This document shows, in pieces, positions 7,898 through 17,891 of a stretch of 34,463 nt of DNA; within the stretch, counting starts at the first letter, position 1, and every line of letters starts with the position of its first letter. The notes beneath the pieces are model-generated. The model was not told the DNA's origin and ran no database searches. It saw nothing but the letters and a program-made list of their open reading frames with translations. A program made the translations under genes and the position numbers. Origin of the DNA: Acidimicrobiia bacterium (GTDB lineage: Bacteria > Actinomycetota > Acidimicrobiia > Spongiisociales > SHLN01); the NCBI GenBank assembly GCA_041619515.1, contig JBFKDW010000026.1, positions 1-34,463 of the forward strand. The letters run 5' to 3'.

Positions 7898-9355
7898 ATG
7901 ACCACCTTGCACGACCCGGGCCTCCTCCATTCGCAGTGTTTTGTGGACGGGAAGTGGATCGACGCCGAATCCGGGGGATCGTTCGACGTGCTCAATCCGG
8001 TCGATGGGTCCCGGGTCGGATCCGTGCCAGACGCCGGCGTGAACGAGACCCGGGCCGCCATCGAGGCCGCTCAGCGAGCCCTGCCGGGGTGGCGGGCACT
8101 CACCGCCAAGAAGCGGGCTGCCCTCATGAAGGCGTGGCACGCCCTTCTACTCGAAAACGCCGAAGACCTGGCAACGATCATGACGCTGGAGATGGGCAAA
8201 CCGATCGGGGAGTCCCGGGGCGAGGTCAGGTTCGGAGCCACCTTCGTAGAGTGGTACGCCGAGGAAGGCAAGCGAGCCTACGGCGAGGTGGTCCCCTCCC
8301 ATGACGCCGGCAAACGGCTTCTGGTCCTCAAGCAGCCGGTCGGGGTGGTAGCCGCCATCACCCCCTGGAACTTTCCGCTGGCGATGATCACCCGCAAAGT
8401 CTCGCCCGCGCTCGCCGCCGGCTGCACGGTGGTCGTCAAGCCGGCCGAGGACTCTCCGCTCACGGCGCTCGCCGTTGCCGACCTGGCCGAGCGGGCCGGG
8501 ATCCCCGCCGGCGTCGTCAACCTCGTGACCACCAAGCATCCGGCCGCGGTGGGGGAGGAGATGACCACCAATCCCGTCGTGCGAAAGATCTCGTTCACCG
8601 GCTCCACCGCGGTCGGCAAGCAGCTGATGGCCCAGGCGGCCGGCACGGTGAAGAACGTCTCCCTTGAGCTGGGCGGCAACGCCCCGTTCATTGTCTTCGA
8701 CGATGCTGACATCGATGCGGCCGTCGACGGAGCGATCGCTTCGAAGTACCGCAACGCCGGGCAGACCTGCATTTGCGCCAACCGATTCCTCGTTCAGGAT
8801 TCGGTGCACGACGAGTTCACCAAGAAGCTGTCCGAGAAGGTGGCCGAGCTGAAGGTCGGGCCCTCGATCGAAGATGCCACCGCCATCGGCCCGCTCGTCA
8901 ATCAGGCGGCGCTCGACAAGGTGGACGGACTGGTGAGCGAGGCGCTGGCCGGCGGGGCCAGCGCCCTCACCGGCGGCAAGCGTCACGAGCTGGGAGGGAC
9001 GTACTACGAGGTGACGGTGCTCACCGGGGTCACCAGCGACATGCGGATCGCCCGGGAGGAGATCTTCGGCCCGGTTGCCCCGGTGTATCGGTTCTCGACC
9101 GAAGCCGAAGCGGTGGCGCTCGCCAACGACACTCCCTATGGGCTGGCGTCGTACTTCTATGCTCGCGACGTCGGCCGCATCTGGAGGGTCAGTGAGGGCC
9201 TCGAGTACGGCATGGTCGGAGTCAACACCGGGCTGATCTCAGCCGAGGGCCACCCGTTCGGCGGCGTCAAGGAATCCGGGATCGGCCGGGAAGGGTCGCA
9301 CTACGGTCTCGACGAGTTCCTCGAGACCAAATACGTGTGCGTGGGCGGCATCTGA
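7898..9355 (+). CDS. gabD: NAD(P)-dependent succinate-semialdehyde dehydrogenase
   Basis: GAAGGAGA RBS before the ATG at 7898. Motifs ITPWNFP, SFTGST, LELGGNAPF, RNAGQTCICANR, EEIFGP, PFGGVKESGIGREG. Confidence 0.93.
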   Translation: MTTLHDPGLLHSQCFVDGKWIDAESGGSFDVLNPVDGSRVGSVPDAGVNETRAAIEAAQRALPGWRALTAKKRAALMKAWHALLLENAEDLATIMTLEMGKPIGESRGEVRFGATFVEWYAEEGKRAYGEVVPSHDAGKRLLVLKQPVGVVAAITPWNFPLAMITRKVSPALAAGCTVVVKPAEDSPLTALAVADLAERAGIPAGVVNLVTTKHPAAVGEEMTTNPVVRKISFTGSTAVGKQLMAQAAGTVKNVSLELGGNAPFIVFDDADIDAAVDGAIASKYRNAGQTCICANRFLVQDSVHDEFTKKLSEKVAELKVGPSIEDATAIGPLVNQAALDKVDGLVSEALAGGASALTGGKRHELGGTYYEVTVLTGVTSDMRIAREEIFGPVAPVYRFSTEAEAVALANDTPYGLASYFYARDVGRIWRVSEGLEYGMVGVNTGLISAEGHPFGGVKESGIGREGSHYGLDEFLETKYVCVGGI

Positions 9356-9431
9356 GGCGCCCGGCGGACCGCCCCCGGCCCCGATGGCCCCGGCGTAGCT
9401 GAGCCCGAGGCCCCGGCCGGTGGCGTCCCCG

Positions 9432-9881
9432 TCATGCTGGCCCGTTGCCGGCGGCCGCCACGATCCTGGCGAGGCCGGACCTGATGGCGTCGATCTCACG
9501 GTGCTCGAGATGTTCTCCGAATAGGCGCTGGATGCCGTCCAAGTGGGTGCCGGCCGCCTCCCGCAGTGCGCTCTTGCCCGCCGGCGCCAGGACCGCGTAG
9601 ACCCCCCGGCCGTCCTCGGCGGCCTTTTGGCGTTCGACCAGGCCGGCCTCGACCATACGGGCCACCAGCCGGGTGCAGTCGGTGCGGGAGAACATGGTCG
9701 CCTCCGACAGTTCGTGCATGCGCAGCCTGCCCCCGGCCTGATTGAGCTGAAAGAGGACGTCGTACCAGTCGAGGCCGAGGCCGTGCTCTGCTGTCAGCTC
9801 GTGGTCGAGCTGGTTGGCCAGCCGGCGATGGGCTTCCAGCAGCAGCCGCCAGGCTTCGATGACTTCGCCGGTGGGGGTCAT
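9432..9881 (-). CDS. MarR family transcriptional regulator
   Basis: WYDVL...LRMHELS...TRLVARM...GLVER...DGRGVYAVL winged-helix pattern; divergent from the pirin gene. Confidence 0.92.
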   Translation of the reverse strand: MTPTGEVIEAWRLLLEAHRRLANQLDHELTAEHGLGLDWYDVLFQLNQAGGRLRMHELSEATMFSRTDCTRLVARMVEAGLVERQKAAEDGRGVYAVLAPAGKSALREAAGTHLDGIQRLFGEHLEHREIDAIRSGLARIVAAAGNGPA

Positions 9882-9920
9882 CCGGTTGGGAACATTCCTT
9901 GCTCGGGTTCGGTTGAATCC

Positions 9921-9946
9921 AGTGTAGTTTCATCTGTAACTACACT
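9921..9946. promoter_or_regulatory. Inverted repeat, probable MarR operator
   Basis: AGTGTAGTT-TCATCTGT-AACTACACT: perfect 9-bp AT-rich arms in the marR/pirin divergent gap. Confidence 0.75.
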
Positions 9947-9974
9947 CCATGTTCAGCACGCCGAGGAGCCCCCG

Positions 9975-10943
9975 ATGCCAGCCATTACCGTCGACAACAA
10001 CCTCTCGCTTCCCACCGTCGCTCACCCAGCCCTCGACGAGACCATCGAGCGCCGGGTGAAGTCGGTGACCACTGCCCCGCGCGGCTTCGAAGGAGAGGGC
10101 TTTCCGGTGCGCCGGGCCTTCCACGGCGTGGACATGGCCGATCTCGACCCGTTCATTCACCTCGACCAGATGGGCGAGGTGGAATACGCGCCGGGTGAGC
10201 CAAAGGGAACCCCCTGGCACCCGCACCGGGGATTCGAGACCGTCACCTACATGATCGACGGCATCATGGAGCACCAGGATTCCGAAGGCGGCGGAGGGAT
10301 CATCACCGACGGAGACACCCAGTGGATGACGGCCGGGTCGGGGTTGCTGCACAAAGAAGCTCCGCCCGAGCACCTCGTCATGTCCGGCGGACTTTTCCAT
10401 GGATTTCAGCTCTGGGTCAACCTCCCGTCCCGGGACAAGTGGCTTCCACCCCGCTACCAGGACCTGCGGGGGGGCGAGGCCACCCTGCTCACCACACCCG
10501 ACGGCGGTGCCCTGATCCGGCTGATTGCCGGAAGCGTCGGCGACCACCAGGGCCCCGGCGACACCCACACGCCCATCACCATGATCCATGCCACCCTCCA
10601 TCCGGGTGCCAGGCTGCAGCTTCCCTGGCGACCCGATTTCAACGCCCTCGCCTATGTGTTGAACGGTTCGGGCAGCTTCGGCCTGGAAGAGCGTCCGGCC
10701 GTGAACGGCCAGCTGGTGGTGTACGGGGCCGGCGATGCCATCACCATCACCGCCGACGAGATCCAGGAGTCGCGCAGCCCCGATATGGACGTGCTCGTCC
10801 TCGGCGGCCTCCCCATCCGCGAGCCGGTCGCCTGGTACGGGCCCTTTGTGATGAACACCCGCGCCGAGCTGATCCAGGCATTCGAAGACTTCGACGCCGG
10901 CAAGCTCGGCCGCATCCCGCACGCGCCCCCTCCCGCCGAGTAG
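9975..10943 (+). CDS. Pirin family protein
   Basis: GAGGAG RBS before the ATG at 9975. Motifs DPFIHLD, HPHRGFETVTY, WMTAGSGLLHKE, FQLWVNLP, GPFVMNT. Confidence 0.95.
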   Translation: MPAITVDNNLSLPTVAHPALDETIERRVKSVTTAPRGFEGEGFPVRRAFHGVDMADLDPFIHLDQMGEVEYAPGEPKGTPWHPHRGFETVTYMIDGIMEHQDSEGGGGIITDGDTQWMTAGSGLLHKEAPPEHLVMSGGLFHGFQLWVNLPSRDKWLPPRYQDLRGGEATLLTTPDGGALIRLIAGSVGDHQGPGDTHTPITMIHATLHPGARLQLPWRPDFNALAYVLNGSGSFGLEERPAVNGQLVVYGAGDAITITADEIQESRSPDMDVLVLGGLPIREPVAWYGPFVMNTRAELIQAFEDFDAGKLGRIPHAPPPAE

Positions 10944-10974
10944 CCGGGGGCGGCGGCCGGTACGCTACGCCGCC

Positions 10975-11874
10975 ATGTCCCACGCCGTTCGGCCGGCCAG
11001 CGCCGGCATCGCTTTTGCCCTCACTGCTGCCGCCCTCTACGGCGTGAGCGGGGCCATCGCAGCCGACGTGTTCGATGTCGTTTCGCCGGCCCGCGTATCG
11101 CAGATTCGGGCCCTCATCGCCGCTGCCGTCCTGCTTCCCTTCGCCTGGCACCGGGGACTGCTCAGCCCACGAGGTCGGCTGGCCTGGCTGATGCTGCTCG
11201 GGTTGAACCTCGCCCTCGTCGGCCTCACGTTCTACTGGGCCCTCGATCGGCTGGGAGTGGGACCGGGGGCAACCATGCAGTTTCTCGGGCCGTTCATGGT
11301 CCTGGCGTTCATGGCGCTGGTGCAGCGCCGGCCGGTGAGCCGGTTCACGTGGGGGGCTGCCTTCCTCGCCATCGTCGGCGTGGCTCTCATCACCGAAGCG
11401 TGGGCGCTCGACGACCTAGACCTGCTCGGCCTGGCGTCGGGCCTGACGACGGCCGCCCTCTTCGCCGCCTATTTCCTGCTCGGTGAGCATCTCGGCAAGA
11501 GCCTTCCGGCCCTGACGATGATCACCTGGGGTTTCGTATTCGCATCCGTCTTCTGGCTGCTGGTCCTCCCCATCTGGTCGTTTCCCACCGATCTGTCCCG
11601 GATCGTCTGGGCCGAACTGGTTTGGGTCGGCATCGGAGGGACCGCGCTTCCGTTCCTCGCCCAGTTTGCGGCGCTGCGGCGGGTGGCGTCTGGCATCGTG
11701 GGAGTGGTGGCGACCGCCGAGCCGGTCATCGCGGCCGGGGCCGCCTGGGTGCTGCTCGATCAAAGCCTGTCACCGGTGCAGGTGGCGGGTGGCCTGGTGG
11801 TGGTGCTGGCGGTGGCGGCTGTGCATCGCCGGAATGTCGTCGACGTCGACCAGCCTCTGGACGGTGTGTTCTAG
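10975..11874 (+). CDS. EamA/DMT family transporter
   Basis: About ten hydrophobic helices in two repeats; EPVIAA...[13 protein letters not shown] in the C-terminal half. Confidence 0.88.
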   Translation: MSHAVRPASAGIAFALTAAALYGVSGAIAADVFDVVSPARVSQIRALIAAAVLLPFAWHRGLLSPRGRLAWLMLLGLNLALVGLTFYWALDRLGVGPGATMQFLGPFMVLAFMALVQRRPVSRFTWGAAFLAIVGVALITEAWALDDLDLLGLASGLTTAALFAAYFLLGEHLGKSLPALTMITWGFVFASVFWLLVLPIWSFPTDLSRIVWAELVWVGIGGTALPFLAQFAALRRVASGIVGVVATAEPVIAAGAAWVLLDQSLSPVQVAGGLVVVLAVAAVHRRNVVDVDQPLDGVF

Positions 11875-12638
11875 CCCAGCCGCTCCCGCAGCCAGGCGAT
11901 GTCGGCGGCGTGGTCAAGGGCTTCGCCGGGAGTCTCCACCACCACCGGGGCGGCGGCGGCGTTCACGACCCCGATCAGCAGGTCGCCGGGGATCTCTCCC
12001 CGCCCCAGGTTGGCGTGGCGGTCCCGCCTGCTGTCAAACGGGTCACGGGAGTCGTTGCAGTGGACGAGGTCGATCCGGCCGGTGGCATCCATGATGCGAT
12101 CCACGACGGTTTCGAGGTCTTCGCCGCCGGCCCAGGCGTGGCAGGTGTCGAGCACGAAGCCGACCCCGGTGTCTCCTATGTGCTCCCACAGGCGAGCGAT
12201 CGTTTCGACCTCCCGGGCCATTGCGTTCTCGCCGCCGGCGGTGTTCTCGATGAGGATGGGGACGTCGGACTCGAGGGTGTCGAGGGCTTTGCGCCAGCGG
12301 GGAAAGCCCTCGGCGGTGTCTTCGTCGTCGGTGACGTGGCCCCCGTGGACCACGAGCCCGGCGGCGCCGATCTCCCCGGCGGCATCGGCGGCGGCCTGGA
12401 GGTTCTTGCGGCTCGGGATGCGGATCCGGTTGTTGGCGGACGCAACATTGATGAGGTAGGGGGCGTGGACGTAGATCGGGAACCCTGCGTGCAGCAGGTC
12501 GGAGGCGTCCTCGCGGGGCGGCGGCTTCTTCCACCCCTGCGGATCTCCGAGGAAGAATTGAATGAGGTCGCCGTTGCGTTCGGCGATCTCGTCGCCCGGC
12601 TTGCCGCCGGCACTGTGGGCGCCAACGAGGATGGTCAT
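11871..12638 (-). CDS. nfo: Endonuclease IV (AP endonuclease family 2)
   Basis: [42 protein letters not shown] metal-ligand motifs. Confidence 0.92.
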   Translation of the reverse strand: MTILVGAHSAGGKPGDEIAERNGDLIQFFLGDPQGWKKPPPREDASDLLHAGFPIYVHAPYLINVASANNRIRIPSRKNLQAAADAAGEIGAAGLVVHGGHVTDDEDTAEGFPRWRKALDTLESDVPILIENTAGGENAMAREVETIARLWEHIGDTGVGFVLDTCHAWAGGEDLETVVDRIMDATGRIDLVHCNDSRDPFDSRRDRHANLGRGEIPGDLLIGVVNAAAAPVVVETPGEALDHAADIAWLRERLG

Positions 12639-13465
12639 GTCGACTCCAGATACGAGCGTGTCCCGTCGAGCAGCAGCAGCCCGCCGACCGCGCCGAGCGC
12701 GAGGGGCAGCAAGTAGTAGGCATTGGTTTCGGTGCCCGCGATCCAGATGAACAGAGCCAGGATCACTCCTGCCAGCAGGAGCACCCCTCCGACGTATGCC
12801 CGGCTGCGAGCCGCAAAGGCACGCGCCGGGTCGGAGGTGTCGGTTGGGTCGCCCTCGACCCGGGACACCTCCGGCGGATCCGTATCGAGGTCCACCAGGT
12901 AGGCAGGTGTGCCCTCACCGGTGTCGTCGGTGAGCACGGCCGTGATCTGGGCCGGAGTTGCCGTCCACCCGGAAGTGCGGATGAACAGCGTGTCGCCCAC
13001 CCACACGGCGCCCCAGGGGCTCGACGGCAGACGGGTTGGGTCGGCAAGCCGGACCCCGACGGCCGCCGTGTCTTCGCCGTCCTCGGTCAGGAGTGCCGGG
13101 GCCGCCTCGACGATCTCGGCGTGCGGTACGAGGATACGGCCGCCTGCGGGACCGAGCAGGCTGGCGAACGCGACGCCGTGCTCGTCCACACCCAGCATCT
13201 CCCGGGGAAACAACAGGTCGCGCAGCGCCCAGGTCAACAACCCGCCACCGATGATGAGAAAGACCAGCCCCCAGGGCTCCTCCGGTCCGTTGGCGGTGAT
13301 GCGATTGATCCCGAGGTTGTCGGCCAGCAGGTCGAGCCGTCTCACGTACTGCGGGAAGAGCTTGGGGAGCAGCAGTAGGTCGAGCCCCAGCATGAAGAAG
13401 GGGACGGAAAGGACCGCAACGAGCCAGGTTCGGCCGGCGGAGCGCAAGACGCTGAGTGAATTCAT
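12635..13465 (-). CDS. Hypothetical membrane protein (2 TM, soluble domain, 2 TM)
   Basis: Hydrophobic segments at both ends; ATGA overlaps with both pyrE and nfo support a real coupled gene. Confidence 0.75.
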   Translation of the reverse strand: MNSLSVLRSAGRTWLVAVLSVPFFMLGLDLLLLPKLFPQYVRRLDLLADNLGINRITANGPEEPWGLVFLIIGGGLLTWALRDLLFPREMLGVDEHGVAFASLLGPAGGRILVPHAEIVEAAPALLTEDGEDTAAVGVRLADPTRLPSSPWGAVWVGDTLFIRTSGWTATPAQITAVLTDDTGEGTPAYLVDLDTDPPEVSRVEGDPTDTSDPARAFAARSRAYVGGVLLLAGVILALFIWIAGTETNAYYLLPLALGAVGGLLLLDGTRSYLEST

Positions 13466-14046
13466 GGACTGAGGAGGAGATCTTCCGGTGTGATGAGTGC
13501 AACGTAGGGTATTTCGAGCTCCTGCATTCGCTTGGCGACCACTCCGCCGCTCCTGTCGGCCACCGAAATCGCCTGGACGACCGGGTAGCCACCGTTCTGC
13601 ATCACGATGATCGACTCGATGAACGCGGCCCCGGTGGTGGTGGTGTCCTCGAGCACCGTCACAGCCTCCCCCTGGTTGAGGGGCCCGACGATCCGCCCGC
13701 CCATCCCGTGCGCCTTGGCCTCTTTGCGCACCGAGAAGGCACGAAGGGAGATCCCGGCCCGATGTGCAACCACTGCGGTGGCGACGGCAATGGGGTCGGC
13801 CCCCATCGTCATGCCGCCGATGGCGCGCACTCCCGGATCGAGCACCCCCAGCACACAGTGGCCGACGAGGGTGGCGCCTTCACCGTCCATCGTCGTTCGC
13901 CGGCCGTCCAGGTACCAGTTGGACAACTCGCCGGAGCGGAGAGTGTAGGGGCCGTCGGTGAGCAGCGACCGGCTGCGCAGCAGGGCAACCAGGTCGTTTT
14001 TCGCCTGGGAAATGTTTTCTTGGAAATCCCTCAAGTTCTCCACCAT
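13462..14046 (-). CDS. pyrE: Orotate phosphoribosyltransferase
   Basis: TLRSG-x-LSNWYLD, GGMTMGADPIA, VRKEAKAHG and the PRPP loop VLEDTTTTG. Confidence 0.93.
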   Translation of the reverse strand: MVENLRDFQENISQAKNDLVALLRSRSLLTDGPYTLRSGELSNWYLDGRRTTMDGEGATLVGHCVLGVLDPGVRAIGGMTMGADPIAVATAVVAHRAGISLRAFSVRKEAKAHGMGGRIVGPLNQGEAVTVLEDTTTTGAAFIESIIVMQNGGYPVVQAISVADRSGGVVAKRMQELEIPYVALITPEDLLLSP

Positions 14047-14094
14047 GCCGACGATACTAAGAGCCGAGAGGTTTCCCGCCTCCCGTGTTAGCCC

Positions 14095-14129
14095 GAAGAA
14101 CGGCCCCGCAAGGGGCCGTTCTTCTTTTT
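14095..14129. terminator. Intrinsic terminator-like hairpin
   Basis: GAAGAACGGCCCC-GCAA-GGGGCCGTTCTTC followed by TTTTT on the + strand; perfect 13-bp stem. Confidence 0.75.
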
Positions 14130-14178
14130 CCGGTGGGGTGGTGGTTCTTCGCTATTGACCCGCCAGGCCCGGTTCTTC

Positions 14179-14847
14179 TCACCGACCCGCCAGGCCCGCC
14201 ACGGTGGCATCGACGAACGGGGCGAGGAACTCGCCACAGGTGCGGTTGTACACCACGCCGCCGTCGGCGAACTCGCCCGGTCCAGGCCGGCCGCAGGCGG
14301 CTTGATAGCCATCGGGATCCCCGGCCTGTGCGACGAGCGCCAAGGCCAGATCGGCTTGCCGGTAGTCAGAAAGGCCGAACTGGGTCATCAGGCCGTCCTC
14401 GAACCGGAACTGCTCCGACGTCGCGCTCAGATTCATCGCATCGACGATGGGATCGCCGATTACACCAACCCGGCACCGCCACACGTCGGGGGCCTGTTCG
14501 GAGCATTCGGTCACCGAGATCGAGAATCCGCCGGGCGAGATGGCATGGGTGTACTCAATCAGGTTCCCGAGTGCCTCCCCCGACTCCTCGAGCAAGGACG
14601 GGTGCAGGTAGGCAAGGGCGCCGTCGACGTTCCCGTCGCTCCATTTCTGGTGGAAGACCTGGAGGACGGCAGCCGGGTCCCCCGAGTCGGCAGCCTCCTC
14701 GATGGTCTGCGGTCCCCTCCCGGCAACACTGAACAGAACGGCAACCGCCACGAGTATGGCTGCGACTGCCACCCCATATGGCCATCTCCGGTTCTGGCGC
14801 ACGGATGGGCGCTGGGTGTCGATGAGCGGTGGTTCGGGGTTGGACAT
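14179..14847 (-). CDS. Hypothetical membrane-anchored/exported protein, possibly NTF2/SnoaL-like
   Basis: GAGGAG RBS; single N-terminal TM; helix VLQVFHQKWSDGNVDGALAYL and strand FRFEDGLMT resemble NTF2-like proteins; four Cys. Confidence 0.65.
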   Translation of the reverse strand: MSNPEPPLIDTQRPSVRQNRRWPYGVAVAAILVAVAVLFSVAGRGPQTIEEAADSGDPAAVLQVFHQKWSDGNVDGALAYLHPSLLEESGEALGNLIEYTHAISPGGFSISVTECSEQAPDVWRCRVGVIGDPIVDAMNLSATSEQFRFEDGLMTQFGLSDYRQADLALALVAQAGDPDGYQAACGRPGPGEFADGGVVYNRTCGEFLAPFVDATVAGLAGR

Positions 14848-14986
14848 GATCTCACTCCTCGCCTCGGGTACCAGTCAACTCCTCTGGCAGCGGCCGTGCC
14901 GGAAATATGATCGATGTGGCGGGTTTACACCCCGAGAACCAACGCTTCCTGGCTAGCCTTGGCGACCGAAATCCAAGAGGTGGTCC

Positions 14987-16315
14987 ATGCGGATCGTCAT
15001 AGTCGGAGCGGGGGCGGTCGGGAGCCATCTGGCCGAGCGTCTTTCCATCGAAGGCCAGGATGTCGTCGTGGTCGACAACGACCCCCAGCGGGTCGACCAG
15101 CTCCAGGGGTCGCTCGACATTCTCGCCATTCTCGGCAACGGAGCCAGCCCGGCGGTGCTCGAGGCCGCCGGCATCGACAAGGCGGAGCTCCTCATCGCCG
15201 TGACGAGCAACGACGCGGTGAACGTGCTGGCGTGTCACGCCGGCGCCCGGCTTGGGGTTCCCCGCAAGATCGCCAGGGTGGAGGACTCCGCCCTGCGCGA
15301 CGAGCTGCAAATCCTCGGTGTTGACGTGGTCATCGATCCCGAGGAGCAACTCGCCCAGGACCTGTTGACCCTGGTGTCGGAGGGTGGCATCAGCGAGCAC
15401 GCTACGTTCGGCGGAGGGTCGCTCTCACTCATCGGTGGGTACGTCCAGCCCGATGCCCCGCTGACGCATTTGACGCTCGAACAGCTGCGCGCCCAAATCA
15501 CCGACTGGGACTGGCTGGTGACGGCGATCATCCGCGGCGGCGTTCCCTTCGTAGCCCGCGGTGAGTCGACTGTCGAGCAAGGCGACCACGTCCTCATCGC
15601 CACCAAGACCGATTTGGTCGAGCAGCTGGCGCCGATGCTGGGAATCACCATTCACAAGGCCAAGAGGGTGATGATCTTCGGCGCCGGGCGGCTCGCCCGC
15701 CTCACCGCCAACCTGCTCTCCGACAACCGAATCTCGGTCACCCTCATCGACAAGGATGAGGCGGCAACCCGCCTGGTGGCCGACGCCTGCCCCAATGTGA
15801 TCGTCGTCCACGGGGACCCCATGGATCCGGAGCTGCTGCGATCTGAGGGTGTCGAGAACGTCGACGACGTGCTCGCCCTGACCCCGTGGGACGAGGTCAA
15901 CGTGGTCGCCTCGCTGGTGGCCAAGGGCCTCGGGGCCAAGAACGCCATCTCTCGCTACCACCGTCTCGACTATGTCAGCCTCCTCAACGAGACCAACGTC
16001 GACACGGGTGTGTCCTCTCGCCTGTCGGCTGCCAACGCCATCCTCCGCTACGTACGGCGGGGGAGAGTGCACTCGGTGGTGACTTTCCAGGACAGCGATC
16101 TCGAGGCCATCGAACTGCAGGTCGATCCGGCGAGCAGTGCCCTCGGTAAGACCCTTGCCGACATCGGCCTTCCGAAGACCGCCATCGTCGCCGGCATCGT
16201 TCGTAACAACAAGACGATGATTCCCCGTGGTCACACGGTCATCATCCCCGGGGACCGGATCGTGGCGGTGGCGCTGCCGGAAGCGGTCGCCACCGTGGAG
16301 AAGACGTTTAGTTGA
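14987..16315 (+). CDS. trkA: Trk potassium uptake NAD-binding subunit
   Basis: MRIVIVGAGAVG, a second Rossmann motif IFGAGRLA, tandem RCK_N/RCK_C organisation; GAGG RBS. Confidence 0.95.
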   Translation: MRIVIVGAGAVGSHLAERLSIEGQDVVVVDNDPQRVDQLQGSLDILAILGNGASPAVLEAAGIDKAELLIAVTSNDAVNVLACHAGARLGVPRKIARVEDSALRDELQILGVDVVIDPEEQLAQDLLTLVSEGGISEHATFGGGSLSLIGGYVQPDAPLTHLTLEQLRAQITDWDWLVTAIIRGGVPFVARGESTVEQGDHVLIATKTDLVEQLAPMLGITIHKAKRVMIFGAGRLARLTANLLSDNRISVTLIDKDEAATRLVADACPNVIVVHGDPMDPELLRSEGVENVDDVLALTPWDEVNVVASLVAKGLGAKNAISRYHRLDYVSLLNETNVDTGVSSRLSAANAILRYVRRGRVHSVVTFQDSDLEAIELQVDPASSALGKTLADIGLPKTAIVAGIVRNNKTMIPRGHTVIIPGDRIVAVALPEAVATVEKTFS

Positions 16316-16335
16316 CCGTCATCCACTAGGTCCCC

Positions 16336-17781
16336 ATGTCTCTACGCACCCTCCAATACGTGCTCGGGGCAGTTGTGGCGGCCGTTGGGCTGGCGATGCT
16401 CCCCGCCGCCGTCGTGGCGGGGATCTACCAGGAGTGGGCAGACCTGGGCGGGATCGTGCTGGCCGCCCTGGCCACGGTTGCGGTGGGGGGCCTGGCGTGG
16501 AGGTACGGCCGGCAGGCGGAGCTGACGACCAGGGAGGGGTTCGCCATCGTGGGCCTCGCCTGGATCTCGGTGGTCATCTTCGGGACGCTCCCGTACATCC
16601 TCACCTCCACCCTCGACGGAATCACCAACGCCTTCTTCGAGTCCGCCGCCGGGTTCACCACGACGGGGGCGTCTGTCATATCCCAGCCGGAGGCGATCGG
16701 ACACGGAGTGGTCTTCTGGCGAGCCACCTCGCAGTGGCTCGGTGGCATGGGGATCATCGTTCTGTCGGTTGCCATACTGCCGCTGCTCGGTGTCGGCGGC
16801 GTCGAGCTCGCCCGCGCCGAGTCGCCGGGGCCGCGCCCGGACCGCCTCACCCCCCGGTTCAAGGAAACCGCCAAGCACCTGTGGCTCATCTACGTCGCGT
16901 TCACCGCCATCGAGACCTTGCTGCTGTGGGTGGGCGACATGACGCTGTTCGAGGCCATCGCACATTCGCTGACGACGCTCTCCACCGGAGGGTTCAGCAC
17001 TTCGTCAGAGTCGCTGGGTGGCTTCTCGGCCTATGCCCAATGGGTAGTGATCGTGTTCATGCTGCTGGCAGGAACGTCGTTCGCCCTCCACTACCGGGGG
17101 CTGCGAAACCCCGTCGAGTATGCCCGCGATCCCGAGCTCAAGATCTATGCGGCGATCATGGCCGCCGCGTCGATTGTGACCATGATCGGCATCTGGGGCG
17201 GCGGGGTGGGCCGCACGGTGCGCGATTCCATCTTCACGGTCGTTTCGCTCGTAACCACCACCGGCTACGCCACCGCCGACTTCAACGTGTGGCCGGGGGC
17301 ATTGGCCATCATGGTCGTGGGCCTCATGTTCGTGGGAGGGATGGCCGGCTCGACGGCCGGGTCGTTGAAGACGTACCGGATCGGGGTCCTCACCCGCGCT
17401 TCGCTCGCCGACATTCGCAAGGTCATTCACCCGCGTGGCGTGTTCCCGGTGCGCCTCGGCGGCCGGAGGGTGCCGGACCCCATCGTGCAATCTGTACAGG
17501 CGTTCTTCCTGTTCTACATGTTCATCTTCATGACCGGGACGTTCGTGTTCGGAGTGTTCAGCTCGGCGATCGGCCCCGACCTCGATTTCGTGAGCGCCGC
17601 GTCGGCGGTGGCCTCGGCGCTGGGCAACGTCGGCCCGGGCCTGGGCGAGCTGGGGCCCACTTCCACCTACATCGAGGTCACAGCGCTCGGCAAGTGGCTT
17701 CTGTCTGGCCTGATGATTGCCGGCCGCCTCGAGATCTTTCCCATCGTGCTGCTGTTCACCCGTGAGCTGTGGCGCAAATAG
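16336..17781 (+). CDS. trkH: Trk potassium uptake membrane subunit
   Basis: FFESAAGFTTTGAS, QWLGGMGII, STGGFS, TTTGY, GGMAGSTAG, GNVGPG, GRLEIFP. Confidence 0.96.
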   Translation: MSLRTLQYVLGAVVAAVGLAMLPAAVVAGIYQEWADLGGIVLAALATVAVGGLAWRYGRQAELTTREGFAIVGLAWISVVIFGTLPYILTSTLDGITNAFFESAAGFTTTGASVISQPEAIGHGVVFWRATSQWLGGMGIIVLSVAILPLLGVGGVELARAESPGPRPDRLTPRFKETAKHLWLIYVAFTAIETLLLWVGDMTLFEAIAHSLTTLSTGGFSTSSESLGGFSAYAQWVVIVFMLLAGTSFALHYRGLRNPVEYARDPELKIYAAIMAAASIVTMIGIWGGGVGRTVRDSIFTVVSLVTTTGYATADFNVWPGALAIMVVGLMFVGGMAGSTAGSLKTYRIGVLTRASLADIRKVIHPRGVFPVRLGGRRVPDPIVQSVQAFFLFYMFIFMTGTFVFGVFSSAIGPDLDFVSAASAVASALGNVGPGLGELGPTSTYIEVTALGKWLLSGLMIAGRLEIFPIVLLFTRELWRK

Positions 17782-17891
17782 GTTTTCGGTCCCCGGAAAC
17801 TCCGAATGGGTAACCGCAGCCGGGGGGATTGAGTCTCCGCTGGGGACGCGATCGATTATCTGTCGGGAGCAACTCGACCTGCCGGGTGACC

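Noticed and set aside
14047..14178. PyrR-type attenuator upstream of pyrE
   Set aside because: No PyrR binding-loop sequence is visible, and pyrE has a -10 candidate downstream of the hairpin, 7 nt from its ATG.
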